A DNA stretch of 58,793 nt, taken from Pseudomonas fluorescens (GTDB lineage: Bacteria; Pseudomonadota; Alphaproteobacteria; UBA2136; UBA6156). The notes beneath the pieces were generated by a model. The model saw only the letters and a program-made list of their open reading frames with translations. It searched no databases and was not told where the DNA came from. The stretch spans positions 1 through 58,793 of the forward strand of contig QFOU01000002.1 of assembly GCA_003241595.1 (NCBI GenBank), read 5' to 3'. Position numbers and translations under genes: made by a program. Within the stretch, counting starts at the first letter, position 1, and every line of letters begins with the position of its first letter. Shown here in pieces: positions 27,717 to 37,201 of this stretch.

Positions 27717-28628
27717 ATGGCAAAGGTTGTTTTTATGGGCAGTCCGGCGTTTGCCGTACCGAGCCTAAGGGCGCTACATGCGGATAACAATGAGATAATC
27801 GCGGTTTACACGCAGCCGCCGCGCCCCGCCGGACGGGGCATGAACGAAAAGCGCAGCGACGTGCATGAGGCGGCGATGGAGCTTGGAATCCCTGTGTTTT
27901 TTCCGGAAAAACTGCGCGGTGATGAACTTGAGAAGGTGATGGCGCTGGATGCGGATGTATTTTGCGTTGTGGCCTACGGCTTGCTGCTGCCCAAGGTGAT
28001 GGTTGATGAAAAGCTCTGCCTGAACGTGCACCCGAGCCGCCTGCCCCGTTGGCGCGGCGCCGCCCCCCTGCAATGGACCCTGATGAGCGGCGACCCCGAC
28101 ACCGATATTTGTGTGATGAAGCTGGACGCCGGTATGGACACCGGCCCTGTTGTGGCGCGTGAGCGTGTGGCGATTCCGCATGACATGACGTTGGGGCAAC
28201 TGCATGATCTGACCGCTGTGCAGGGTGCCGAGATGTTGGCCGATGTAGTACGCGGGCTGCCAGATATCCGGCTGGTAGAGCAAGAGGGCGAGGCGACGCT
28301 GGCGCCGAAGATCGACAATGTGGTGCGTGCCATTGATTGGAAAGCGCGCGCCTTTGAAGTGCACAACAAGGTACGGGGATTGAACCCGGTGCCCAGTGCT
28401 ACGGCTTTGTTTGACGGCGAGACGCTGAAAATTCTGGCCTGCGAGATAGTGGATGGATTTGGTGCCACCGGCGAAATTTTAAGTGTGGATGCAGCGGGAG
28501 TTGTTGTGGGGTGTGGTGAAGGCACCGTGCGCATCACCCGCCTGCAGCGCCCCGGCAGCAAGGCCATGGCGGCCAGTGATGCGGCGCGTGGATGGCCTGC
28601 GCTGACCGTAGGGGCGAAGTTTGCGTAG
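27717..28628 (+). CDS. fmt: Methionyl-tRNA formyltransferase
   Basis: Motif HPSRLPRWRGAAP. Canonical def-fmt order. Confidence 0.92.
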   Translation: MAKVVFMGSPAFAVPSLRALHADNNEIIAVYTQPPRPAGRGMNEKRSDVHEAAMELGIPVFFPEKLRGDELEKVMALDADVFCVVAYGLLLPKVMVDEKLCLNVHPSRLPRWRGAAPLQWTLMSGDPDTDICVMKLDAGMDTGPVVARERVAIPHDMTLGQLHDLTAVQGAEMLADVVRGLPDIRLVEQEGEATLAPKIDNVVRAIDWKARAFEVHNKVRGLNPVPSATALFDGETLKILACEIVDGFGATGEILSVDAAGVVVGCGEGTVRITRLQRPGSKAMAASDAARGWPALTVGAKFA

Positions 28629-29369
28629 ATGATTCGGCTGAAGTTGACCGTTCAGTATGACGGCGGTGCCTATTACGGCTGGCAGGTTCAGGATGGGTTG
28701 CCGACCGTACAGGGAGCGCTTGAAAATGCCTTGGCGCAGATCGTGGGCCATGAGGTTGAGATTCAGGGTGCGGGGCGCACCGACCGTGGTGTGCATGCGT
28801 GGGGACAGGTGGCGCATGTGGATGTGGCCAAGGATCTGGACATCATTAAATATATTGGTGGGATGAACCGTTTTCTGCCCGATGACATACGTGTGATCGA
28901 CGCCGAGAAAGTGGGTGAGGAATTCCATGCCCGTTACAGCGGTAAAGCACGCCACTATGTTTATCGACTTTGGAATGCGCGGCAGTTGCGTCCCGACTTG
29001 GTGGGCCATGCGGGCCATGCGGTGCTGCCGCTCGATACCGAGGCGATGCGCCAAGCTGTAGAGATGTTCCCATTGGGCGAGAGCGACTTCAAAGGCTTTC
29101 AGGATGCCGAGTGCCAGAGCAAGGTGAGCCTGTGCGACCTGCTGTACATGCGCTGGCTGGAAGAGGCGCCGAATTTATGGCGGCTGGAGATCGCGGCGAA
29201 CCACTTTTTGCATCACATGGTGCGCAACATCGTGGGGACGCTAGTAGAAGTGGGCCTGGGCAAGCGGCCCGTGACCGGTTTGGTGGATGCGTTGAATACG
29301 CAGGATCGGACGCTGGCGGGGATTACGTTTGCTCCGGATGGGCTGTATTTGGTGAAGGTGGATTATTAA
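28629..29369 (+). CDS. truA: tRNA pseudouridine synthase A
   Basis: Motif GAGRTDRGVHA. The ATG abuts the fmt stop. Confidence 0.9.
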   Translation: MIRLKLTVQYDGGAYYGWQVQDGLPTVQGALENALAQIVGHEVEIQGAGRTDRGVHAWGQVAHVDVAKDLDIIKYIGGMNRFLPDDIRVIDAEKVGEEFHARYSGKARHYVYRLWNARQLRPDLVGHAGHAVLPLDTEAMRQAVEMFPLGESDFKGFQDAECQSKVSLCDLLYMRWLEEAPNLWRLEIAANHFLHHMVRNIVGTLVEVGLGKRPVTGLVDALNTQDRTLAGITFAPDGLYLVKVDY

Positions 29370-29386
29370 CTTCACCAACCACGCAT

Positions 29387-29420
29387 AAAAACGGGCTCCC
29401 CCATGGAGCCCGTTCGGTTT
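29387..29420 (+). terminator. Intrinsic terminator after truA
   Basis: ACGGGCTCCcccatGGAGCCCGT followed by tcggttt. Confidence 0.7.
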
Positions 29421-29456
29421 CATGAACAGACAGTTTTGGCTGTCTGGTTGCCGAGG

Positions 29457-29720
29457 TTACTCGGCGGCGTGGCCTTCGTGGCTCATGCCTGCGTCAGCCG
29501 TACCTTCGGTCGAGGTGGTGGTCTCAGTCTTCACCTCGGTCTTCTTATCAACCTTATGACCGGCTTTATGGCCACCTTTGTGCTCTTTTTTGTGCACTTC
29601 GGTCTTTACGGTCTCGGTCTTGTGGACTTCATCTTTCTTCGCCGGTGCGGCGGGCATGCCTTCAGCGAAAGCCGGGGCTGCAACAAGTGCCAGAGCGGCG
29701 AGGATAGCGAGGGTCTTCAT
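29457..29720 (-). CDS. Secreted His/Lys/Thr-rich protein (87 aa), candidate periplasmic metal binder
   Basis: Signal peptide MKTLAILAALALVAAPAFAEG. The mature part has repeated (E/K)VHK and GGHKAGHK units. Confidence 0.55.
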   Translation of the reverse strand: MKTLAILAALALVAAPAFAEGMPAAPAKKDEVHKTETVKTEVHKKEHKGGHKAGHKVDKKTEVKTETTTSTEGTADAGMSHEGHAAE

Positions 29721-29860
29721 GTGTGAGAGTCCTGTTTAATTATTGATTTATTATGGTTTATTTAGTTTTCAGGCTCAACCGAAGGTTCGGCTGACATGAA
29801 GATGCTGCGCCCGCTTTTGCGACTTGGAAAGGGGGTGATGTTGAGGCCACAGGAGACTTC

Positions 29861-29902
29861 CTTACAAACGTAAGGCTCTAGTAAGTGCAAAACTTGTAAG
29901 GT
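29861..29902. promoter_or_regulatory. GTAAG repeat cluster in the divergent promoter region (candidate response-regulator site)
   Basis: CTTACaaacGTAAG inverted repeat. GTAAG occurs at 29870, 29881 and 29896 (spacing 11 and 15 bp). The 9-mer TTGTAAGGT recurs at 32512-32520. Confidence 0.3.
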
Positions 29903-30005
29903 ACGATGACGAACCTCAAATATGTGTTAGACATAGGTCTGGATTATTACACTTAAGTGAACCGCCCTGACTCCCCCCAAGGGCCCAACCAAAGGAGATT
30001 TGATC

Positions 30006-30689
30006 ATGCGGATTCTGGTGATCGAAGATGAACGCGCACTGGCAGGCTTTATTGAGCAGACTTTGCGCCAGCACGGCTTTGCCGCGAGTGTGGCTGGCAC
30101 GTTGGCGGAAGCCCGCACCCTGCTGACCCAGCCGTTCGATGCGGTGATCTGTGACCGTCGTTTGCCTGATGGGGACGGCCTTGATCTGGTCAAGGAACTG
30201 CGTGCGGCGGGTAACCATGTGCCGTTGCTGATGCTGACTGCGCTTGGTCTTCCGAAAGAGCGTGTGAGCGGGCTTGAGGCGGGTGCGGATGATTATCTGC
30301 CCAAGCCCTTCAGCCTGTTTGAGTTGCTGGCACGTGTGAAGGCGCTGTTGCGTCGGAGCGGTGGCCCTGCCGGTTTGCTGCTGGAGCTGGGGAACGTACA
30401 GCTCGACACCCTGCACGAGACCGTACAGGTATCTGGCAAGACCGTCGCCCTTGGTAAGCGCGAAGTGGTGCTGTTGCGCCACCTGTTGCAGCGTGCCGGC
30501 CAGGTTGTGGGCAAGGATGTTTTGGAACAGGCTTTGTATGGCGACACCGACGAGAAGAGCCGTACCGCTCTGGAAGTGGCGATTCACCGTCTGCGCAAGG
30601 TATTGGCCAGTGTCGGTTCGACCATCAATGTGGTGACCGTGCGTGGCATTGGTTACCTGCTTGAAGAAACCGCCACCAGCGCGAAGTAA
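30006..30689 (+). CDS. OmpR-family response regulator
   Basis: MRILVIEDE receiver domain plus a winged-helix C-terminus (VTVRGIGYLL). AAAGGAGA SD. Confidence 0.9.
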   Translation: MRILVIEDERALAGFIEQTLRQHGFAASVAGTLAEARTLLTQPFDAVICDRRLPDGDGLDLVKELRAAGNHVPLLMLTALGLPKERVSGLEAGADDYLPKPFSLFELLARVKALLRRSGGPAGLLLELGNVQLDTLHETVQVSGKTVALGKREVVLLRHLLQRAGQVVGKDVLEQALYGDTDEKSRTALEVAIHRLRKVLASVGSTINVVTVRGIGYLLEETATSAK

Positions 30690-30698
30690 GGCCGAACC

Positions 30699-32117
30699 AT
30701 GATGCGAACCATGGGCGACAGCCTGCTGAGTGGACTGGTGCTGCGTTTGGCACTGGTTCTGGCCGTGGTTATGGGCGTGGTGTTCTGGCAGATTGAGAGC
30801 ACGCTCGACCGCACCGGTGACATGGCACAGGACGAATTGTTGCGGCGTCAGGCAGCGGAAATTGTGAACAGCCTGAGCATTGATACCAACCGCAGGACCG
30901 GTGCGGTCACACGTTTGCGTGTGAACCTCAGCCCGCAAAGCGCGGCGGCGTATCTGGAGCGTGGTCAGGGGTACGTTTACTATATTCAGGACAACGACGG
31001 TAAGATGCTGGCGCAGAGCGACCCGATGGCGGGCGTGTGGGTTGAGCCCGCCCTTTCCGCACGGCCCAGTGTACCGACCATGCTGAATACTGAAGCCCGC
31101 GACGGCGAAAGCAGCGCGCTTTATCTGATGGTCCAGCCGGTGGTGGTTCCGGGTGGGCCGATCTTTATCATCGTCGGGCAATATCGCACTATTGACGACA
31201 TGCTGTTGCAAAGTGCGAAGAGTGGTTTGATGCCCGACCTGTTACTGGTACTGGGTCCGCTCTTTATTGCGGCGTTGCTGGCAGCGGTGGCGTTGATGAG
31301 ACAGGGTTTAAGCCCGTTGCGCAACCTGGCCAAGACCATGGGGAAAGTGGGCAAGCTGGTGCGCACCGGACATGATGGCAAGGTAGAGCTGACGGGAGTG
31401 CCGCGCGAGGTGCGCCCCGTGGTGAATGCCTTTAACGAAGTGCTGGCCGACTTTGCGAAAAGCCTGAGTGCCCAGCAGGCGCTGACCGCCGACACTGCTC
31501 ACCAGTTGAAGACACCTTTGGCCGTGATGCAGGCGCGATTGGAGCAGCTGGATGACTTCAAGGGTCGCAAGGAACTGGAGCGTGACGTACTGCGCATGAA
31601 CCGTTTGGTGCGCCAGTTGCTGCACTATGCGGTATTGAGCCAGCACCCTGCGACGCTGTCTCCGCACGACCTTACTTCTGAAGTACGGGACGTGGTGATG
31701 GGCATGGTGCCGTTGGGACGTCAGGCCGGTGTGGAATTGCGCTTTAGTGCGCCGGATGAACCGGTAATGGTACAGATGGACCCGCTGCAAGTGGCCGAAG
31801 CCGTGAGTAATTTGGTAGATAATGCGATCCGTCACTCGCCTCAGGGTAAAAAGGCCGTGGTAGAAGTGGATGTGGATGAAAGCGGCGAAGTGCAAGTGCG
31901 CGACCGCGGGCCGGGGATCCCGGTTCCCGACCAGCCGATGGCCTTCACCCGCTTCTGGCAGGGGCCGACCAACCAGAGTGGCGAGAGCAGCCATGGCGGT
32001 GCCGGTTTGGGGTTGGCGGTAGTGGCGGAGATCATGCGTCAGCACAACGGGAGTGCCAGTGTGGCCAGCCGTGAGGGCGGAGGCAGCATCTTCTCGCTGG
32101 AGTTCTCCAAGCAATAA
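30699..32117 (+). CDS. Sensor histidine kinase (2 TM, periplasmic loop, HAMP, HisKA, HATPase)
   Basis: H-box HQLKTPLAV. N and G boxes NLVDNAIRHSP, DRGPGIP and GGAGLGLAVV. Confidence 0.9.
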   Translation: MMRTMGDSLLSGLVLRLALVLAVVMGVVFWQIESTLDRTGDMAQDELLRRQAAEIVNSLSIDTNRRTGAVTRLRVNLSPQSAAAYLERGQGYVYYIQDNDGKMLAQSDPMAGVWVEPALSARPSVPTMLNTEARDGESSALYLMVQPVVVPGGPIFIIVGQYRTIDDMLLQSAKSGLMPDLLLVLGPLFIAALLAAVALMRQGLSPLRNLAKTMGKVGKLVRTGHDGKVELTGVPREVRPVVNAFNEVLADFAKSLSAQQALTADTAHQLKTPLAVMQARLEQLDDFKGRKELERDVLRMNRLVRQLLHYAVLSQHPATLSPHDLTSEVRDVVMGMVPLGRQAGVELRFSAPDEPVMVQMDPLQVAEAVSNLVDNAIRHSPQGKKAVVEVDVDESGEVQVRDRGPGIPVPDQPMAFTRFWQGPTNQSGESSHGGAGLGLAVVAEIMRQHNGSASVASREGGGSIFSLEFSKQ

Positions 32118-32118
32118 A

Positions 32119-32148
32119 CAAAAAGCCTCCCTGACGGGAGGCTTTGAT
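32119..32148. terminator. Bidirectional intrinsic terminator
   Basis: aaaaAGCCTCCCtgacGGGAGGCTttgattt. Confidence 0.75.
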
Positions 32149-32442
32149 TTAGCAGCGGCCTTTTTTGGCCTGGCCCGGCGGGCACCAGTGCTTGTCATGT
32201 TTGTGATGGTGGTGGTGGTCATCATTATACACGACATAGACCCGTTCGCGCGGTTCGTAGTAGTAGCGGCGGTACTCGACCACGCGGCGGTCATGTTGCC
32301 AATCATTGCTGTCCAGCGAGAGCAGCTGGCCGTTGGGCAGGCGCACGCGCACGGTTTCCAGCGTTTGGGCATTGGCTGCGGCGGCTCCGCCCATAACCGC
32401 CAGAGCAGCGGTGGCGAGAGCGATACGCGACGACATTTTCAT
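32149..32442 (-). CDS. Secreted His-rich protein (97 aa) with HHHHHKHDKH run and C-terminal CPPGQAKKGRC
   Basis: Signal peptide MKMSSRIALATAALAVMGGAAAANA. GGAGA SD. Confidence 0.6.
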   Translation of the reverse strand: MKMSSRIALATAALAVMGGAAAANAQTLETVRVRLPNGQLLSLDSNDWQHDRRVVEYRRYYYEPRERVYVVYNDDHHHHHKHDKHWCPPGQAKKGRC

Positions 32443-32664
32443 GGGATAGTCTCCTTTTGTTGTATCGGTATAACGCTTGAGGTTCGGTTAGGTCTGCGCG
32501 GGATGAAAATATTGTAAGGTTGGTGTGAGGAAAGGGGTTATCTGCTTGGTTTGACTAGGAGATTCAAGTGCTGTATGTAACCCCTACCGGTATGGGACTT
32601 TTACCCCCCTACCCTTGAGATGGGACTGCACCACGTAGCCCCTGACGGGGTGGAGGTTGATATC

Positions 32665-33228
32665 ATGATCACTCTGAACTACCCCTTGGGCGGTTTGAAA
32701 TATGTGAACGACGCCGAGTTCCAGACCCTTTGGCCCGAGTTTCAGGCGTTCGCCGACAGCTTCGGTTTCCGTCAGGCACTCCATTTTGAACCGCATATCC
32801 AGTTGGCCATGATACGGTCACAAAGGGAGAAACTGAAGACCGGTAAATCGATTATGCCGGGGCGCGTACATTCCCGGGGCCACTGGAGGCTGTACCATAC
32901 CACCCCCCAACTGCTGACCCATGCGAACAAGGATCTTACCGATCCGCAGGCGCTGGACGGGTATTACGGGCCATATGGATCCTGTATCTCGCATGCAGAA
33001 TTGCCGGCTGTGTTTGGCTTTAGCAAGCCCCTACACCGCGACGGATGGGAATTGACGATGACAACCTGTGAGGATATGGGCTTCACTCCCCTTCAGGCCG
33101 CGGCCTGGGAGGTTTTGCTGGCAGCGTTGCTGGCAACACCACGGTATGACTTCCGGCAATTGCCACGGGCGCCTGCAAAGCCACTACCTGATGAGGTTGA
33201 GTCCAAGGAACCTGCAGAAAGCCTCTAA
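32665..33228 (+). CDS. Hypothetical 187-aa protein
   Basis: The ATG lies 8 nt after GGAGG; the track start at 32620 lacks an SD. No family recognised. Confidence 0.5.
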   Translation: MITLNYPLGGLKYVNDAEFQTLWPEFQAFADSFGFRQALHFEPHIQLAMIRSQREKLKTGKSIMPGRVHSRGHWRLYHTTPQLLTHANKDLTDPQALDGYYGPYGSCISHAELPAVFGFSKPLHRDGWELTMTTCEDMGFTPLQAAAWEVLLAALLATPRYDFRQLPRAPAKPLPDEVESKEPAESL

Positions 33229-33245
33229 CGACGATATGTGCTACC

Positions 33246-33275
33246 GAAAGCGCCCCTTGATACGGGGCGCTTTTG
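33246..33275 (+). terminator. Intrinsic terminator
   Basis: AGCGCCCCttgatacGGGGCGCT followed by ttt. Confidence 0.7.
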
Positions 33276-33351
33276 TATTTGGTGGCATTACGCATTGAGC
33301 CGTTCGGGTTGGGGTGGTACCTTGATCTCCACAAAGAAAGGAGCGCCATTC

Positions 33352-33666
33352 ATGCGTTTTGCACACTCCCTGGCGTTGGTTTTTGCCGTCTGCCTCTCCC
33401 CTTCCCTTTACGCCGAAGGCACCTCTTATATTGCCGACTTCAAGGCGGTGGACAGTGCGCTGGCACGGCACCCGGCCAAGTTCACCGGCAACCCCGATGT
33501 GGATTTCCGCAATGAGCTGATCGCGCGGCGGCAGAACATCATCGACATTTCGGAAGTGGCCCTTTCCCGCGCGAACGACCCGGCGACCATCGATTTTGCG
33601 CAGGCGACCATTGAGAAGCAGAAGCGGGAGATTGCGGAGTTGCAGCGGTGGATCGACAAGCATTAG
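33352..33666 (+). CDS. Secreted 104-aa helical protein, weakly DUF305-like but lacking the His residues
   Basis: AAAGGAG SD. Signal peptide MRFAHSLALVFAVCLSPSLYAEG. The segment DVDFRNELIARRQNIIDISEVAL is reminiscent of DUF305. Confidence 0.45.
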   Translation: MRFAHSLALVFAVCLSPSLYAEGTSYIADFKAVDSALARHPAKFTGNPDVDFRNELIARRQNIIDISEVALSRANDPATIDFAQATIEKQKREIAELQRWIDKH

Positions 33667-33677
33667 GACTTCGATAC

Positions 33678-33707
33678 GAAAAAGCCCGCCGTGTGGCGGG
33701 CTTTTTG
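33678..33707. terminator. Bidirectional intrinsic terminator (also ends sucD)
   Basis: aaaaAGCCCGCCgtgtGGCGGGCTtttt. Confidence 0.8.
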
Positions 33708-33719
33708 CTGGGTTGTGAA

Positions 33720-34604
33720 TTAACCGAGGAGCTTCTTCACTGCAGCACCAATATCCGACGGGGTTTGCACCATGGTAACGCCTGCAGCGCTGAGAGCCTT
33801 GATCTTGGCCTCTGCCGTTTCATCGCCACCGGAGATGATGGCACCGGCGTGGCCCATGCGTTTGCCCTTCGGAGCAGTTGCACCGGCGATAAAGCCCACC
33901 ACCGGCTTGGTAACGGAGGTTTTGATGTACTCGGCGGCTTCGATCTCAGCCTGGCCTCCGATTTCACCGATCATCACGATGGCTTCGGTTTGGGGGTCGG
34001 CTTCAAACGCGCTCAGCACGCTGATGAAGTTGGTGCCGTGGACCGGGTCGCCGCCGATACCCACGCAGGTGGACTGGCCGAGGCCGACATCGGTGGTTTG
34101 CTTCACAGCTTCGTAAGTAAGGGTACCGGACTTGGAGACCACGCCGACCTTACCCTTCATGTGGATGTGGGCGGGCATGATACCGATCTTGCAGCCCTTG
34201 CCGTTGCCGGGGGTGATGATACCCGGGCAGTTGGGGCCGATGAGGCGCATGGTGCACTTGGGGTCTTGCAGTTTGCGCTTCACGCGGACCATATCCAGCA
34301 CCGGAATACCTTCGGTGATGCAGACGCAGATGCGGATACCGGCGGCTTCGGCCTCCAGGATGGCATCGGCCGCGAACGGCGGTGGTACGTAGATGACGGA
34401 GGCTTCGGCACCGGTCTTTTCGACCGCTTCCTTCACAGTATTGAACACGGGCAGGCCGAGGTGTTCGGTGCCGCCCTTGCCGGGGGTGACTCCGCCGACG
34501 TAGTTGGTGCCGTATTTGAGCCCTTGCTCGCTGTGGAAGGTACCGTTTTTACCGGTAAAGCCCTGGGTGATGACCTTGGTGTCTTCAGTAATGAAAATCG
34601 ACAT
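33720..34604 (-). CDS. sucD: Succinyl-CoA ligase alpha subunit
   Basis: [45 protein letters not shown] and the phosphohistidine loop MGHAGAI. Confidence 0.95.
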   Translation of the reverse strand: MSIFITEDTKVITQGFTGKNGTFHSEQGLKYGTNYVGGVTPGKGGTEHLGLPVFNTVKEAVEKTGAEASVIYVPPPFAADAILEAEAAGIRICVCITEGIPVLDMVRVKRKLQDPKCTMRLIGPNCPGIITPGNGKGCKIGIMPAHIHMKGKVGVVSKSGTLTYEAVKQTTDVGLGQSTCVGIGGDPVHGTNFISVLSAFEADPQTEAIVMIGEIGGQAEIEAAEYIKTSVTKPVVGFIAGATAPKGKRMGHAGAIISGGDETAEAKIKALSAAGVTMVQTPSDIGAAVKKLLG

Positions 34605-34638
34605 TGGGTTTGCTTTCTTTGATTAGAAATTGGGTTAA

Positions 34639-35262
34639 TTAGTGAAAGATGACATCCACGGGCACGGAGAGAATTCCGTACCATGTGAAGGCTTGCAGCA
34701 GGAAGATGAAGGCACGCTCGATACGTTTGGGCGCCTGCAGGCCGGTTTGTGCCACCGGTGTTTTTTGCGTGGTGAGCAGAGGCTCGCTTTCAAAATACAG
34801 CCAGTAGGTGAACAGCGCTTGCGGCACCAGCAGCATGAGGAAGGCAGCGGATACCGCCATCGGTACATCGATGCCGTAGGTCATGTAATGATCATAACCC
34901 TCGTAGATGGTATAGAGGGTTGGCAGGAGCGTGAATACGACCAGCATTGTGACCACGCCACGTGTGGCGAAGCCGAGATCGCGCAGGCGCATGACCTGCA
35001 GTTTAGTCATCATGTAGATAAACCAGACGGCAGATACGACAAAACCCGCTAAGGCCACGCCTACGGCCAGCGAACCGATCACAGGCACCTCGACCAACAG
35101 GCTGAGGAACTTGGCGGCAAACACCAAGACCACAACCACCAGCAGCAGCAGCATCTGTGTAAGGAACATATGCAGGTTCAGGCGCTGGAACAGCTCTGGT
35201 GTCAGAGCCTCCTTCCAACGCAGCGCGTTGAACTGGCGAATGATGGCGAGCGGTGTCTTCAT
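34639..35262 (-). CDS. Hypothetical multi-pass membrane protein (207 aa) embedded between sucC and sucD
   Basis: About four hydrophobic helices. Lies 34 bp upstream of sucD and 13 bp downstream of the Q-rich ORF. Confidence 0.6.
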   Translation of the reverse strand: MKTPLAIIRQFNALRWKEALTPELFQRLNLHMFLTQMLLLLVVVVLVFAAKFLSLLVEVPVIGSLAVGVALAGFVVSAVWFIYMMTKLQVMRLRDLGFATRGVVTMLVVFTLLPTLYTIYEGYDHYMTYGIDVPMAVSAAFLMLLVPQALFTYWLYFESEPLLTTQKTPVAQTGLQAPKRIERAFIFLLQAFTWYGILSVPVDVIFH

Positions 35263-35275
35263 CTTCAGTTTCGAC

Positions 35276-35734
35276 TTATTTGGTGCCGGTTGCGCCTGCA
35301 GCAGGAATGATGCCGTTGGCCGAGTTGGTGGCGTACATCTGCATCAGTGTCGGTGCCAGTTGCTGCACGATCTGCGGCAGTTTGCCGGCGATGGATGCGC
35401 CCTCGGTGGAGGTGGCGAACGCGGTCAGCTTGGCTTGCTCGTTCGGCGTCAGGATCTGCTGGGCTGCGGCGAGCGCCTGCTGCGTCAGTGTGGTTTGCTG
35501 GGCCGGTGTGAGGCTGTTGGCCATCTGCGTCAGGATTTGCGGGTTGGCCGCAAGCTGTTGCAGGGCTTGTTGCATCACGGCGTTCTGCATTTCCTGCGTG
35601 GCGGCCTGCCCGGCAGGGGTGCTGCCGAGTTGCTGCTGCACGGTTTGCAGGGCGCTGCCGAGGTTAAAGCCCTGAGCCTGCGCACCGGCGGCGGCCAGTA
35701 CGAAGGTGAGGGCAACGAGAGCGTATTTGATCAT
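35276..35734 (-). CDS. Secreted Gln/Ala/Thr-rich protein (152 aa) embedded between sucC and sucD
   Basis: Signal peptide MIKYALVALTFVLAAAGAQAQG. Starts 23 bp after the sucC stop. Confidence 0.55.
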   Translation of the reverse strand: MIKYALVALTFVLAAAGAQAQGFNLGSALQTVQQQLGSTPAGQAATQEMQNAVMQQALQQLAANPQILTQMANSLTPAQQTTLTQQALAAAQQILTPNEQAKLTAFATSTEGASIAGKLPQIVQQLAPTLMQMYATNSANGIIPAAGATGTK

Positions 35735-35757
35735 GGGAGTTATCCTGTTCTCTACGA

Positions 35758-36918
35758 CTATTTGATGGCGTTGACGATTTTGGTCGCGGCATCGGCGAGA
35801 CTGTCGGCGCTGATGATGGTCAGGCCAGATTCCGCGAGGATCTGCTTGCCGAGTTCGACGTTGGTCCCTTCCAGGCGCACGACCAGCGGCACGTGCAGGT
35901 TGGTGGCGCGGGCTGCGGCGACGATCCCGTTGGCGATCACGTCGCACTTCATGATACCGCCGAAGATGTTGATGAGGATACCCTTCACCTGCTTGTCGGC
36001 CAGAATCAGTTTCAGTGCAGCAGTCACGCGGGCTTCATCGGCGGTACCACCGACATCGAGGAAGTTGGCCGGTGCGGAGCCGGAGAACTTGATGATGTCC
36101 ATGGTGGCCATGGCCAGACCGGCGCCGTTGACCATGCAGCCGATCTCGCCATCCAGACCCACGTAGTTGAGGTCGTACTTGCGGGCTTCGGATTCGCGCG
36201 GGTCGTGCTGGGTGACGTCGTCGAGGTCCAGCAGCTCGGGGTGGCGGAAGAGGCCGTTGTCGTCGAAGGAGACCTTACCATCCAATGCCATGACGGCGCC
36301 CTGCTTGGTGACGACCAGCGGGTTGATCTCGATCATCGCGCAGTCGAGGTCGGTGTACGCCTTGTAGAGATTGAGCATGAACTTGACGGCGTTCTTCACT
36401 TCGTCGCCCTTGAGGCCGAGTGCGAAGGCAATGTTCTGCGCCTGGAACGGGCAGAGGCCGAGGGCGGGGTCGATGCTTTCCTTGAAGATCTTCTCGGGGT
36501 GGCTGTGGGCCACTTCTTCGATCTCCATACCGCCTTCGGTGCTGGCCATGAGGACCAGACGGCCTGCGCCGCGGTCGAGGGTCATGGCGAGGTAAAGTTC
36601 GCGGGCAATATCGATACCGCTTTCGACGTACACCTTGCTGACCGGTTGGCCTTTGGCATCGGTTTGGAAGGTGACGAGGTTGGTGCCCAAGAGAGCTTCG
36701 GCGGCGGCACGGGCATCGGCAGGCGATTTGCAGACCTTAACGCCACCGGCTTTACCGCGGCCACCGGCGTGAACCTGTGCCTTAACGACAGTGATGGCGG
36801 TGCCGAGCTTTTTGCTGGCTTCTTCGGCCTCGGCCGCAGTTGCGGCTACAAAACCTTCCGGCACGGCGACGCCGAATTTACGGAAGAGTTCCTTGGCCCG
36901 ATATTCGTGAATATTCAT
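35758..36918 (-). CDS. sucC: Succinyl-CoA ligase beta subunit
   Basis: [17 protein letters not shown] start with an ATP-grasp layout. 386 aa. Confidence 0.95.
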   Translation of the reverse strand: MNIHEYRAKELFRKFGVAVPEGFVAATAAEAEEASKKLGTAITVVKAQVHAGGRGKAGGVKVCKSPADARAAAEALLGTNLVTFQTDAKGQPVSKVYVESGIDIARELYLAMTLDRGAGRLVLMASTEGGMEIEEVAHSHPEKIFKESIDPALGLCPFQAQNIAFALGLKGDEVKNAVKFMLNLYKAYTDLDCAMIEINPLVVTKQGAVMALDGKVSFDDNGLFRHPELLDLDDVTQHDPRESEARKYDLNYVGLDGEIGCMVNGAGLAMATMDIIKFSGSAPANFLDVGGTADEARVTAALKLILADKQVKGILINIFGGIMKCDVIANGIVAAARATNLHVPLVVRLEGTNVELGKQILAESGLTIISADSLADAATKIVNAIK

Positions 36919-37201
36919 ATATTTGCCCTTCTTGGTGGCTGGTTGAATCGCGTCATGAACCCATGACTGAACGGGGCGACTTTACTCCTATTATTGGCGG
37001 ATTAAAAGGCGGGAGGGGTGGCGTGAGTGGTTAGGATGAAGGCAGAAAGCGTAGGTGGGGCGCAGGGTTGCGGATGACGGGCATCCGATGTATACGGGGC
37101 GCAGACTCAGCGTTACTTATGCGTAGACACTTTCTTGACACTTTTGTGCGGATAATCCGCAAATCCCGGCGATTGAGCCGATACCCCTGAGGGAGGATAT
37201 T

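Noticed and set aside
29916-32372. Minus-strand ORFs 29916..31211 (431 aa) and 31308..32372 (354 aa).
   Set aside because: They are antisense to the response regulator and histidine kinase. Their translations are His/Gln/Arg-rich with no domain signature.
33648-36966. Plus-strand ORFs 33648..34622, 35111..36166 and 35893..36966.
   Set aside because: They are antisense to sucD, sucC and the embedded ORFs. Their composition is typical of non-coding reverse frames.
37133-37160. TTGACA followed by GATAAT and the hairpin GCGGAtaaTCCGC upstream of the ACP-like gene.
   Set aside because: The hexamers are only 10 nt apart, so this is not a canonical promoter. The 5-bp hairpin is too short to interpret.
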